A stretch of DNA of 64,000 bases from an uncultured Actinomycetes bacterium (GTDB lineage Bacteria > Actinomycetota > Thermoleophilia > UBA2241): the NCBI GenBank assembly GCA_963767005.1, contig CAVYCN010000004.1, positions 160,001-224,000 on the forward strand, given 5' to 3'. The position numbers were made by a program, and so were the translations under genes. Below the pieces are notes generated by a model. That model saw nothing but the letters and a program-made list of their open reading frames with translations. It did not search any database and had not been told where the DNA came from. Of the stretch, positions 48,735 through 56,891 are shown piece after piece; within the stretch, counting starts at the first letter, position 1; every line of letters begins with the position of its first letter.

Positions 48735-49554
48735 ACGGCGGCGCCACGACACCTGGCTCACCGTCCAGATCGCGCGCAACAAGGACCGGCCCCGCACCAG
48801 CGACTACATCGGCTACCTGATCGAGGGGTTCGAGGAGCTCAAGGGCGACCGCCTGAGAGCCGACGACCGCGCCGTAGTCGGCGGCCTCGGCTGGTTCGAC
48901 GGCCGCGCCGTCGTCGTGGTCGGCCACCAGAAGGGCCGCACCCTCGACGAGCAGACGCGCCACAGCTTCGGCATGGCGCGACCCGAGGGCTACCGCAAGG
49001 CGCAACGGCTGTTCGCTCTGGCCGAGCGCCATCGCCTCGCCGTGCTGACCTTTGTCGACACGCCGGGCGCGTTCCCCGGCGTGGACGCCGAGGAGGGCGG
49101 ACAGGCGCGGGCCATCGCCGAGACGATGCTCACCATGGCGCGCCTGAGCGTGCCGGTGGTGGCCACATTGATCGGCGAAGGCGGCTCGGGCGGAGCGCTC
49201 GCCTTTGCCGTCGCCGACCGTGTCCTCATGCAGGAGAACGCGACCTACTCGGTCATCTCGCCCGAGGGCTGCGCCGCCATCCTGTGGCGCGACGCCGAGT
49301 TCGCCCCCCAGGCGGCCGAGGCGATGCGCCCCACCGCCTCGCAGCTCCTGCCACTCGGCGTCATCGACCGCGTCGTCGAGGAGCCCCGCGGCGGCGCCCA
49401 TCAGAACCCCGAGGCCGCCGCGCGGCGCGTGCACGAGGCGATCGGCGAGGCCCTGACCGAGCTCGAGGAGCTCACGCCGCGCGAGCGTCGCCTGCTGCGC
49501 CGCGAGCGCTTCCGCAAGCTCGGCGTGTGGGGCGGCGAGGGCGCGCCGGCCTGA
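48571..49554 (+). CDS. accA: Acetyl-CoA carboxylase carboxyltransferase alpha subunit
   Basis: GHQKGR, PEGYRKA, DTPGAFPG, GEGGSGGA, YSVISPEGCAAILW; GGAGGTGG RBS before ATG 48571. Confidence 0.93.
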   Translation: MTDPGDENRDAEEAARDGWLVQRLQELRRLSRIPGVNLSEEAERLQDLLKSRRHERRRHDTWLTVQIARNKDRPRTSDYIGYLIEGFEELKGDRLRADDRAVVGGLGWFDGRAVVVVGHQKGRTLDEQTRHSFGMARPEGYRKAQRLFALAERHRLAVLTFVDTPGAFPGVDAEEGGQARAIAETMLTMARLSVPVVATLIGEGGSGGALAFAVADRVLMQENATYSVISPEGCAAILWRDAEFAPQAAEAMRPTASQLLPLGVIDRVVEEPRGGAHQNPEAAARRVHEAIGEALTELEELTPRERRLLRRERFRKLGVWGGEGAPA

Positions 49555-49597
49555 GCGAGCGGCCCCAGGCCGGCCTCGTGCTACCATGGCGGGCGGT

Positions 49598-50539
49598 ATG
49601 GACGCCGTTCCCGATCCCGCCGGCCCGGACGGCCGCGAGGCCGTCATCGTCGTCTCCCACCTGCGCAAGGACTACGCCGGCTTCACAGCGGTCGGCGACG
49701 CCTCGTTCGCGGTGGCGCGCGGCGAGATCTTCGGCCTGCTCGGCCCCAACGGCGCCGGCAAGACGACCACCGTCGAGTGCCTGCAGGGCCTGCGCGAGGC
49801 GAGCGGCGGCGCTATCTCCGTGCTCGGCCTCGACCCCATGCGCCAGGCGCGCGAGCTGCGACGGCGCATCGGCTGCCAGCTCCAGGAGGCCGCCCTGCCC
49901 GACCACATCCGGGTGTGGGAGGCGCTCGAGCTGTTCGCCTCGCTCACGCCGGGTGGCCGCGACTGGCGCGATGTGATGGCCGAATGGGGCCTCGCCGACA
50001 AGGCCAGGTCCGCCTTTCATACGCTCTCGGGTGGCCAGCGCCAGCGCCTCTTCGTGGCCCTGGCCGTGGTCAACGGCCCCGAGGTCGTGTTCCTCGACGA
50101 GATGACGACCGGGCTCGACCCCGCCGCCCGGCGCGTCGCCTGGAGCCTCATCCGCGAGATCCGCGAGCACGGCACGACCGTCGTGCTCGTGACTCACTTC
50201 ATGGAGGAGGCCGAGCGCCTGTGCGACCGCATCGCGGTCATGGACCGCGGCCGCGTCGTGGCGCTCGACAGCCCGCGCGGGCTCATCGCCGCCCATGCGG
50301 CGACCCTGCGCGTCGTGTTCACGACCGACGCCGACGTCGCCTTTCTGGCAGACGTGCCCGCGGTGCAGGCGGTGCGGCGTGAGGGGCCGCGGGTCACGGT
50401 CGAAGGTCGCGACGCCGTCCTCGCCCACGTGGCCGCCGCGCTCGTCGAGCGCGGCCTCGCGCCGCCCGACCTGCACCTCGAGGCGCCGACGCTCGAGGAC
50501 GTCTTCCTGGCGCTCACCGGACACGAGATGGCCGAATGA
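49598..50539 (+). CDS. ABC-2-type transporter ATP-binding protein
   Basis: GPNGAGKTT, LSGGQRQR, FLDEMTTGLD, THFMEEA. Confidence 0.9.
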   Translation: MDAVPDPAGPDGREAVIVVSHLRKDYAGFTAVGDASFAVARGEIFGLLGPNGAGKTTTVECLQGLREASGGAISVLGLDPMRQARELRRRIGCQLQEAALPDHIRVWEALELFASLTPGGRDWRDVMAEWGLADKARSAFHTLSGGQRQRLFVALAVVNGPEVVFLDEMTTGLDPAARRVAWSLIREIREHGTTVVLVTHFMEEAERLCDRIAVMDRGRVVALDSPRGLIAAHAATLRVVFTTDADVAFLADVPAVQAVRREGPRVTVEGRDAVLAHVAAALVERGLAPPDLHLEAPTLEDVFLALTGHEMAE

Positions 50540-51414
50540 ACGACGCGCCCGCACCGTCGTCGCAGCGCCCGCGCGGCCGACCCCGGCCCGCCGCCCCGGC
50601 ATCGCGGACGGCCGAGGTCGTCGCGGCGGGACCGGTCGCGGCCGGTCGCGGCCGCTGGGCGCTCGCCTCGCTCAGGGTCCTGCTGCGCATGACCTGGATC
50701 GAGACCAAGCTGCTCGTCCGCGAGCCCGTCACGCTGGTCTTCTCGTTCGCCTTCCCGGTGCTCGTCCTCGTGCTGCTCGGCGGCATCTTCGGGGGCCAGC
50801 GCATGGACGGCGGCGACTACGCCGGCCTGAAGATGATGGACTGGTACGTGCCCGGCTACATCGCCCTGGTCATCGCCGCGATCGGCACGGTCTCGATCCC
50901 GGTCCACGTGTCGACGTACCGCGAGCGCGGCGTGCTGCGCCGGTTCCGCGCCTCGGGGGTGTCGGAATGGATCCTGCTCGGCTCGCAGTTCCTGGTCGGC
51001 CTCGGCACCTGCCTGGTCGGCGGCGTGGTCATCGGCGTGCTCGGCGTGTTCGCCTACGGCGCCGCCGCGCCGGCCGACCCCGCCGGGGTCGCGCTCGGCT
51101 TCGTCGTGGCCGTGTTCGCCTTCTCGGCGATCGGCGTGCTGATCGCGTCGCTCGCGCCCACGGCGCGCGCCGCCCAGGGCGTCGGCCTGCTGATCTGGTT
51201 CATCATGATGTTCGTCTCGGGCACGAGCGCCCCGCCCGACATCCTGCCCGACTGGATGCTCGCCCTCGGCAAGTCGCTGCCGCTGTACCACACCGTGGTC
51301 GCGCTGGTCGATCCCTGGAACGGCTACGGCGTGAACTTGCTGCGCATCGTCATCGTGGGCGGCATCGGCGTGGCCACGACCCTCATGGCGGCCGGCCTCT
51401 TCCGCTGGGACTAG
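50536..51414 (+). CDS. ABC-2-type transporter permease
   Basis: YRERGVLRRF, six TMs, overlaps the ATPase stop. Confidence 0.88.
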   Translation: MNDAPAPSSQRPRGRPRPAAPASRTAEVVAAGPVAAGRGRWALASLRVLLRMTWIETKLLVREPVTLVFSFAFPVLVLVLLGGIFGGQRMDGGDYAGLKMMDWYVPGYIALVIAAIGTVSIPVHVSTYRERGVLRRFRASGVSEWILLGSQFLVGLGTCLVGGVVIGVLGVFAYGAAAPADPAGVALGFVVAVFAFSAIGVLIASLAPTARAAQGVGLLIWFIMMFVSGTSAPPDILPDWMLALGKSLPLYHTVVALVDPWNGYGVNLLRIVIVGGIGVATTLMAAGLFRWD

Positions 51415-51478
51415 CGGGCGCCGACGCCCGGGACCGGTGCCGGGCCCCCCGCATGGGCGCGGTCGGCGCCGGTCGCGC

Positions 51479-52114
51479 TCAGAGCCGCTCGAGCGCCTCG
51501 TACAGGCGTTGCGTCACCGCGCGGGTGAGCTCGCTGAGCGCGGCGTCGCCGTAGACCCAGGCCTCGGCGAAGGGCCGCGTCACGGCGATCGCGCTGCCCC
51601 CTTCGTAAGGGAACACGGCGAGCGAGAAGCTCGCCGCCGCCGGTATGGTCGGTTCGATGGCGACAGCCTGCTCGACGGCGGACGGCAGGGCCACCTGCAC
51701 GAGGACGTAGTCGTCGGGCAGGCTCTCGAGTCCGAGGTCGAAAGAGCGAGTCTCGGCCAGGATGCGAAAGTCTTCCTCGGCGAACGTGCGGCGCAACAGG
51801 TCGAGCGTCTCGTCGGGGGACTCGTCGAACCGCAGGACGACGCGGAACAGGCCGACTTCGGCGTGGTCGTCGGCGTCGTCCGGCGGCGGGTACGTCGAGC
51901 GCAGGTGCGAGATGATCGCGTCGGAGCCGACGATCGCCTTGCGGCCGTCCTTGAGGACCGGCACCGCCTCCTGACCCGACACCCCGCGCACCTGCTCGCG
52001 CCGATCACGCCGCAGGGGCACGTTCACGCAGGTGTAGGTCAGCTCGAGCTCGGTCAGCACCTGGCGCACCCGATGGCAGTAGGGGCACCACTCGGTCTGG
52101 TAGAGCGTGAGCAT
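51479..52114 (-). CDS. Glutaredoxin/GST-N domain fused to a DUF302-like C-terminal domain
   Basis: MLTLYQTEWCPYC...SGQEAVPVLKDG...SDAIISHL; C-terminal half resembles DUF302; AAGGAAG RBS. Confidence 0.7.
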   Translation of the reverse strand: MLTLYQTEWCPYCHRVRQVLTELELTYTCVNVPLRRDRREQVRGVSGQEAVPVLKDGRKAIVGSDAIISHLRSTYPPPDDADDHAEVGLFRVVLRFDESPDETLDLLRRTFAEEDFRILAETRSFDLGLESLPDDYVLVQVALPSAVEQAVAIEPTIPAAASFSLAVFPYEGGSAIAVTRPFAEAWVYGDAALSELTRAVTQRLYEALERL

Positions 52115-52256
52115 GCGGCCTTCCTTGGTCGACGCTGCCGGTCGCGCCGGCGGCGTTCGCGCGCCGCCGGCGGCGCGCACGCCGCGAACGGGCGGTCGCG
52201 ACGCGCACAGCATACCTTCCCGGCGGCAAACCCGGGAGGGCCGCGCGGGTCGTGGG

Positions 52257-54077
52257 TCAGGCGCCGCCGGACCGCTCCGCCAGGCCGGCGACGGCCGCCG
52301 GGTCGCTCGTCGGCTCCAGACAGACGCCGGCGAGGCAGACGAAGGCTGCGGCGCCTCCTGATCCGACGGCGTAGCCCGCGCGTGCGATCGCTTCGGCGTC
52401 GGCGTCGGGGTCCAGCAGCTGGACCGAGCGCAGCGGCTCGGCGACGCGCAGGCCGGCGCGGAGCAGCGCGCCGGCCTGCGCGTCGCCGCGGCGGCCTACC
52501 ACGACGATGTGCACCGGGTGATGGGCGAGGCGCAGGGCGGCGAGCGCCCAAGGCGCGGCGAGGGGCCCCGCGCCGGCGGCCTCCGGCGCGTACGCGGCGA
52601 GGGCGGTGGCCGCGGCCTCACGGTAGGCGGGGACACCGCTGAACGCGGCGAGGCGCGTGAGGCCGTCGGCCATCTCGGCGCCGCCGTCGAGCACCGGCAG
52701 CGGTCCCCCGGCCGCCGGCCCCTCGCCCGCCGAGCGCGGCCGGTCGACGAAGCGGCCGGCGCCGTCGCGCAGGTGCTCGAGCGCCCAGTCGGCGAGCAGG
52801 CGGGCGCGGGCGAGGTAGGCGCGGTCGCCGGTGGCCTCGTGGGCGTCGAGGAGCGCGGCCGTCATATGAGCCTGATCGCCCAGCAGGCCGGCGACCGGCC
52901 CGCCGAGGTAGTGCACCATGGCGCGACGCCCGTGGCCCGCGTCCCACAGCAGGTCGACCGCCGCGAGCGCTTCATCGAGGAGGTCGGGGCGGTCGAGCAG
53001 GATCGCGGCTCGCGTAAGCGCCCGTGCCGCGAGGGCGTTGGCGTCGACGTATACGGTGCGGTCGACCCCCGGGCGCGGCTCGACGGCTCGTCCGGCCGCG
53101 TCCAGGACGGCGTAGCCCTCGTCGGCGTCCTCGCTGCCGAAGAAGACCGGCCGTCCCGGATCGCGCAGCACGGCGGCGAGGTAGGCGAGCGTGCCGCCGG
53201 CGACCTTGGCGTACGCGGGGCGACCGCTGAGCGCGAACGCGTCGAGGTAGGCGAGCGTCAGGCGAGCGTTGTCGTCGAGCAGCTTCTCGTAGTGCGGCGC
53301 CGTCCAGTCGCGTTGTGTGGCGTAGCGGTAGAAGCCCTGCTCGATGGGGTCGCGCAGCCCGTCGGCCACGGCGTCGAGGGAGTGCAGGGCCATCGCGACG
53401 AGGTCGCGGTCACCGCCCTGCCCGCCGGCGACGAGCAGCAGGCGCACGGCGTCGGGCTGAGGGAACTTGGGCGCCGTGCCGAAGCCGCCGCAGCGCGGGT
53501 CGTAGAGATCGGCGACAGTCCGGCAGACGGCGCCTGCACGCGCTCCGAGGTCGTCGTCGGTGGGCGGGGCGGCGGGCAGCGGCGCGGTCGCGCCGCTGCC
53601 CGCCGCCCCGCCGCCCCCGGTCTGGGCGGCGAGCTCGCCGCCGTGGTCGGCGTGGTAGGCGCGCACGCGGGAGAGGAGGTCGAGCAGCCGGTCGGGCGGC
53701 AGGTAGGTGGCGCCGGCCAGCACGTCGCCGGCCGGCGTGAGGAAGGCGATCGTGGGCCAGCCGCCCATGTTGTAGCGCCGGTTCAGGTCGGGGCGGCGAT
53801 CGTTGTCGATGCGCACGGCGACGAAGCCGTCGGCGATCGTCGCGATCACACGGGGGTCGGAGTAGCTCGTCTCGTCCAGGACGTGGCACCAGTGGCACCA
53901 GACCGCGGAGATCGACAGCAGGATGGGCTTGGCCTCGCGCTGCGCCTGCGCGAAGGCCGCCTCGTCCCACGGCCGCCAGGCGATCTCATGGGCGCGGTTG
54001 GGCCGCGGCGAGAAGCGCAGATCGCCGCTGGGGTCTGCATCGGCGCCGCGCGGGGCGCCTCGCTCTTCCGCAGTCAT
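52257..54077 (-). CDS. YyaL/DUF255 thioredoxin-domain protein with alpha/alpha barrel
   Basis: WCHWCHV, DRRPDL, GGWP, GGFGTAPKFP, PHYEKLLDDNA. Confidence 0.88.
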   Translation of the reverse strand: MTAEERGAPRGADADPSGDLRFSPRPNRAHEIAWRPWDEAAFAQAQREAKPILLSISAVWCHWCHVLDETSYSDPRVIATIADGFVAVRIDNDRRPDLNRRYNMGGWPTIAFLTPAGDVLAGATYLPPDRLLDLLSRVRAYHADHGGELAAQTGGGGAAGSGATAPLPAAPPTDDDLGARAGAVCRTVADLYDPRCGGFGTAPKFPQPDAVRLLLVAGGQGGDRDLVAMALHSLDAVADGLRDPIEQGFYRYATQRDWTAPHYEKLLDDNARLTLAYLDAFALSGRPAYAKVAGGTLAYLAAVLRDPGRPVFFGSEDADEGYAVLDAAGRAVEPRPGVDRTVYVDANALAARALTRAAILLDRPDLLDEALAAVDLLWDAGHGRRAMVHYLGGPVAGLLGDQAHMTAALLDAHEATGDRAYLARARLLADWALEHLRDGAGRFVDRPRSAGEGPAAGGPLPVLDGGAEMADGLTRLAAFSGVPAYREAAATALAAYAPEAAGAGPLAAPWALAALRLAHHPVHIVVVGRRGDAQAGALLRAGLRVAEPLRSVQLLDPDADAEAIARAGYAVGSGGAAAFVCLAGVCLEPTSDPAAVAGLAERSGGA

Positions 54078-54098
54078 GCGGGTGCTTGTACCCGCGAT

Positions 54099-54127
54099 CG
54101 ACTTCGTCGTCGCCGCTCAGGCAGGCG
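54099..54127. repeat. Dispersed partial copy of the 58-bp repeat unit
   Basis: CGACTTCGTCGTCGCCGCTCAGGC identical over 24 nt (28/29 to 54127) to the 30053 array unit. Confidence 0.85.
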
Positions 54128-54224
54128 TAACTACGTCGCACCAACGCGGGCGGCCTTTACGCGGGGGTCCGCCGGGTGTAAGACAGGGGTTCTCGTCGGT
54201 CGGGGGAGACCGGGAGGGGGGGAC

Positions 54225-54440
54225 ATGCTGCCACCAGACGCACGAAGGGTCGTCCGCGAGACGTTCAGAGACCGTCGCTATGTGGTGCGCGAGGAGCTCA
54301 TCGCGCGCGCCAGGACGCGATGTCTCGGCGATCGGGAGCTCGCCGTGTTCCACGACCTGCCCGAGGGCAGGCTCGACGAGATCGAGGTGCTGCGCTGCCT
54401 CATGGGCGCCGACCACCGGCGCGTGGTCGCCGGCATCTAG
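54225..54440 (+). CDS. Small hypothetical protein (71 aa)
   Basis: GGGAGG RBS, ATG 54225, MLPPDARRVVRETF...LPEGRLDEIEV; fills an otherwise empty gap. Confidence 0.55.
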   Translation: MLPPDARRVVRETFRDRRYVVREELIARARTRCLGDRELAVFHDLPEGRLDEIEVLRCLMGADHRRVVAGI

Positions 54441-54494
54441 CGCCGGCGGCCTGCGCCTTCGCGACGCGACCGCCGGCCCGACCGTGACGCGGCT

Positions 54495-55091
54495 CTAGGC
54501 GAAGTCGTCGGCCAGGCTGTAGCGCAGGCGTTGCACCTCGGTGCGCACCTCGCTCGTCGAATAGACCACGATATCGGTGAGCGGCGGCGCGTAGAGGTGC
54601 ACCGTGACGAGGCCGGCGTCCGCCCCGTTGCCGAGCTGATGGATCTCGCCGCGGTCCACGGCGGCGACGCCGGAGCCCGCGAGCACCTGCTCGTCGACCA
54701 GGTCGACCGGCCCGCGGGGCAGCTCCTCCGACTCGGCGCCGCCCGCGGCGGCGACGCCCGACCCGCCGTCGCGGCGGCGGAACACTCGGCTGGTGAGCTC
54801 GCCCGAGTAGACCCGGGTCACGTTCAGGCAGCCGGCGTGGTCATGAATGGTCGATGCCTGCCCGGGCTTCCAGCACAGCACGAGCAGCTCGAAGGCAGTG
54901 GTGCGGCAGACCAGGTTGCGGGCGTAGCGCTCGTCGCAGTAGCGCACGTGGGCGCCGATCAGCGCGTCGTCCAGGTCGAGACGCAGGGCGAGCGCGGCGA
55001 ACTCCGCCTGCGCCATGGTAGCCGTGTCCGCCCGGCTCGTCTCGAGGATGAACCGCTCGAAGGAGAGCGGCGTGCTGGCGTGAGCGGTCAT
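54495..55091 (-). CDS. Cysteine dioxygenase-family cupin
   Basis: YARNLV, CWKPGQASTIHDH, IHQL, TVHLYAPP; GAGGAGG RBS. Confidence 0.85.
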   Translation of the reverse strand: MTAHASTPLSFERFILETSRADTATMAQAEFAALALRLDLDDALIGAHVRYCDERYARNLVCRTTAFELLVLCWKPGQASTIHDHAGCLNVTRVYSGELTSRVFRRRDGGSGVAAAGGAESEELPRGPVDLVDEQVLAGSGVAAVDRGEIHQLGNGADAGLVTVHLYAPPLTDIVVYSTSEVRTEVQRLRYSLADDFA

Positions 55092-55190
55092 CGGCGTCCT
55101 CCTCGCTGTCGCGTCGTCCCCGAGGCCGTCATCGTGCCCTGCTCGAGGGACCGACCGCAACGTTGGCGGTCGCCGGCGCCACGGCCCGCG

Positions 55191-55564
55191 CACGTCGAGC
55201 GCGACACCGGCATCGGCACCGTCCGCCTGCTCGATCGCGCCGGCGTCGACTTCGCCCACTTTGATGAGGAGGATCTCTGTTGCGCGACGCCCACGTCGGT
55301 CGCCGGCAAATGGGCGCAGTTGCCGAGAAGATCGCGGCGGGTGAGCTCGCCTTCCCTCAAAGCGGCAACGGGGGCGGCAAGAAGAGCGGCAAGATCGCGG
55401 CCGTGGCGGGCACCGCCGTCAAGCGACGGGCGATGATGCCCGGCATCATGGACAACCTCATGCCGCACATGGTGCGCGACGTAGTGCCGCTCGTCAGCCA
55501 GCCGCTCGTCGACTACCTGCAGGGCAGGGCGACCACCTCGGCGGCTGGCCTCCCGGCCTCGTAA
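55191..55564 (+). pseudogene. Remnant of a CCG-domain Fe-S oxidoreductase (GlpC/HdrD-like)
   Basis: HVERDTGIGTVRLLDRAGVDFAHFDEEDLCCATPTSVAGKW in one frame, then VAEKIAAGELAFP...MPGIMDNLMPHMVRDVVPLVSQPLVDYL in another; no start codon. Confidence 0.6.
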
Positions 55565-55734
55565 GCCGCCTCCGCCCCGCGGTCGTGCTGGGCAGACGAC
55601 CGGCCTTCGCCTGCGGCCGCGCTGGACAGGTGGCTGCGCGACGGTTCTTGGCGGGGCCGGCGGTTCGTGGCAGGGACCGGCGGGCACAAAGGCGAACAAG
55701 AGAGCGCATTTCACCGCTGCATCAGGAAGCGACG

Positions 55735-55762
55735 AGGGGCGGGGCCGAACGGCCCCGCCCCT
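55735..55762. terminator. GC-rich hairpin, possible terminator
   Basis: AGGGGCGGGGCCG-AA-CGGCCCCGCCCCT perfect 13-bp inverted repeat. Confidence 0.5.
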
Positions 55763-55881
55763 GCCACGCCGGCAGCCGACAGCGCTGCCGGACACACCCC
55801 GCGAACGGTCCGACCGACCGGGGACAAGACCCGGGTGGGGTCCCTTACGGCTAGCGGTTCACGACCCGAGGGAGGGCAGGA

Positions 55882-56061
55882 TCGACGACGAGCCTGTTCG
55901 CCAGCAACTCGCTGAGCCAGGGGCAGACGTTCAGCTTCACCTTTACCAAGAAGGGCACGTACTTCTACGAGTGCTCCATCCATAAGGTCCTGCCGGCCAT
56001 GCACGCGGAGATCGTCGTGAAGTGGACGCTTGACAGCGCGCGACCACCGGCTCTACAGTGA
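55882..56061 (+). pseudogene. C-terminal fragment of a cupredoxin/plastocyanin-like blue copper protein (not in the ORF track)
   Basis: Manual translation: LFASNSLSQGQTFSFTFTKKGTYFYECSIHKVLPAMHAEIVVK (Cys-His-Met copper ligands); in-frame TAG at 55852-54 and no start codon before the motif. Confidence 0.7.
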
Positions 56062-56110
56062 ACGCCGTTCACCACAGTGGACGGCGTTCTCCCGTGAGAT
56101 CGGTGTTCAC
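56030..56110 (+). promoter_or_regulatory. Promoter plus three tandem TetR-type operators
   Basis: TTGACA (56030-35), 18 nt, TACAGT (56054-59); GTGAACGCCGTTCAC (56058), GTGGACGGCGTTCTC (56077), GAGATCGGTGTTCAC (56096). Confidence 0.75.
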
Positions 56111-56158
56111 TTCAGTCAGGATTCAGTGCCGCCAGCGGCGGTCGGACGGGAGGGCCGG

Positions 56159-56857
56159 GTGAGGTCGGAGCATCATCGCGCACGCAGGCTCCGGCGCCAC
56201 GAGGCGGCGGGCGACGCCGGCGCCGGCGTTGCCGCGCCCGACCACATCGTCGAGCGGCGTGCGCGCCGTCGCCGTGAGACGCGCGACGACATCCTGCTGG
56301 CGGCGCGCGAGGTGCTGCTCGAACGGGGCGCGGCCGACCTGTCGCTGCGCGAGATCGCGCGGCGCGCGGGCTTCTCGCCGGGCGCGCTCTACAAGTACTT
56401 CGACAGCAAGGACGACCTCGTGAAGGCGCTCGCCGACCGCGCCATGGCCGCGCTGCTCGACGCCCTCGCCCACGTGCGCGCCGAGCTGCCGCCCGACGAG
56501 CGCGCCGTCGAGATCGGCCTGGCCTACCTCGAGTTCGCCCGGCACAACCCCGAGGACGTGGCCGTAATCACCATGCACGAGTCGGTCGCCGTCGGGCCGC
56601 ACTCGCCCGAGCACGACGAGCTCGAGGAGACCGTCCTCGGCGTGTTCCGCCAGGGGGCGGCGGCGGGCCTGTTCGCCATGCCCACCCCCGACGACGCCGA
56701 GTACATGACCTACGGGGCCTGGGCGCTGGCGCTGGGGCTCGCCACGCTCGAGCAGCGCCAGCGCCCCACGACGGCGGCCCGGCTGCGCGCCCAGCAGGGG
56801 CGCCTGCTTCAGGCGTTCGTCAACGGACTCAAGAGCGAGCGGCCGTCCGCTCCCTGA
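56159..56857 (+). CDS. TetR/AcrR-family regulator
   Basis: ILLAAREVL...LSLREIARRAGFSPGALYKYFDSKDDL; GTG 56159 with GGGAGGG RBS. Confidence 0.9.
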   Translation: MRSEHHRARRLRRHEAAGDAGAGVAAPDHIVERRARRRRETRDDILLAAREVLLERGAADLSLREIARRAGFSPGALYKYFDSKDDLVKALADRAMAALLDALAHVRAELPPDERAVEIGLAYLEFARHNPEDVAVITMHESVAVGPHSPEHDELEETVLGVFRQGAAAGLFAMPTPDDAEYMTYGAWALALGLATLEQRQRPTTAARLRAQQGRLLQAFVNGLKSERPSAP

Positions 56858-56891
56858 GGGGAGCGCCGCGCCCCGCCCACACGGAGGGACC

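Noticed and set aside
55795-55875. c-di-GMP-I riboswitch-like stretch
   Set aside because: Only vague resemblance (TACGGCTAGCGG); the GGCAAA/GAAA/CGCAAA core is missing; an Rfam scan would be needed
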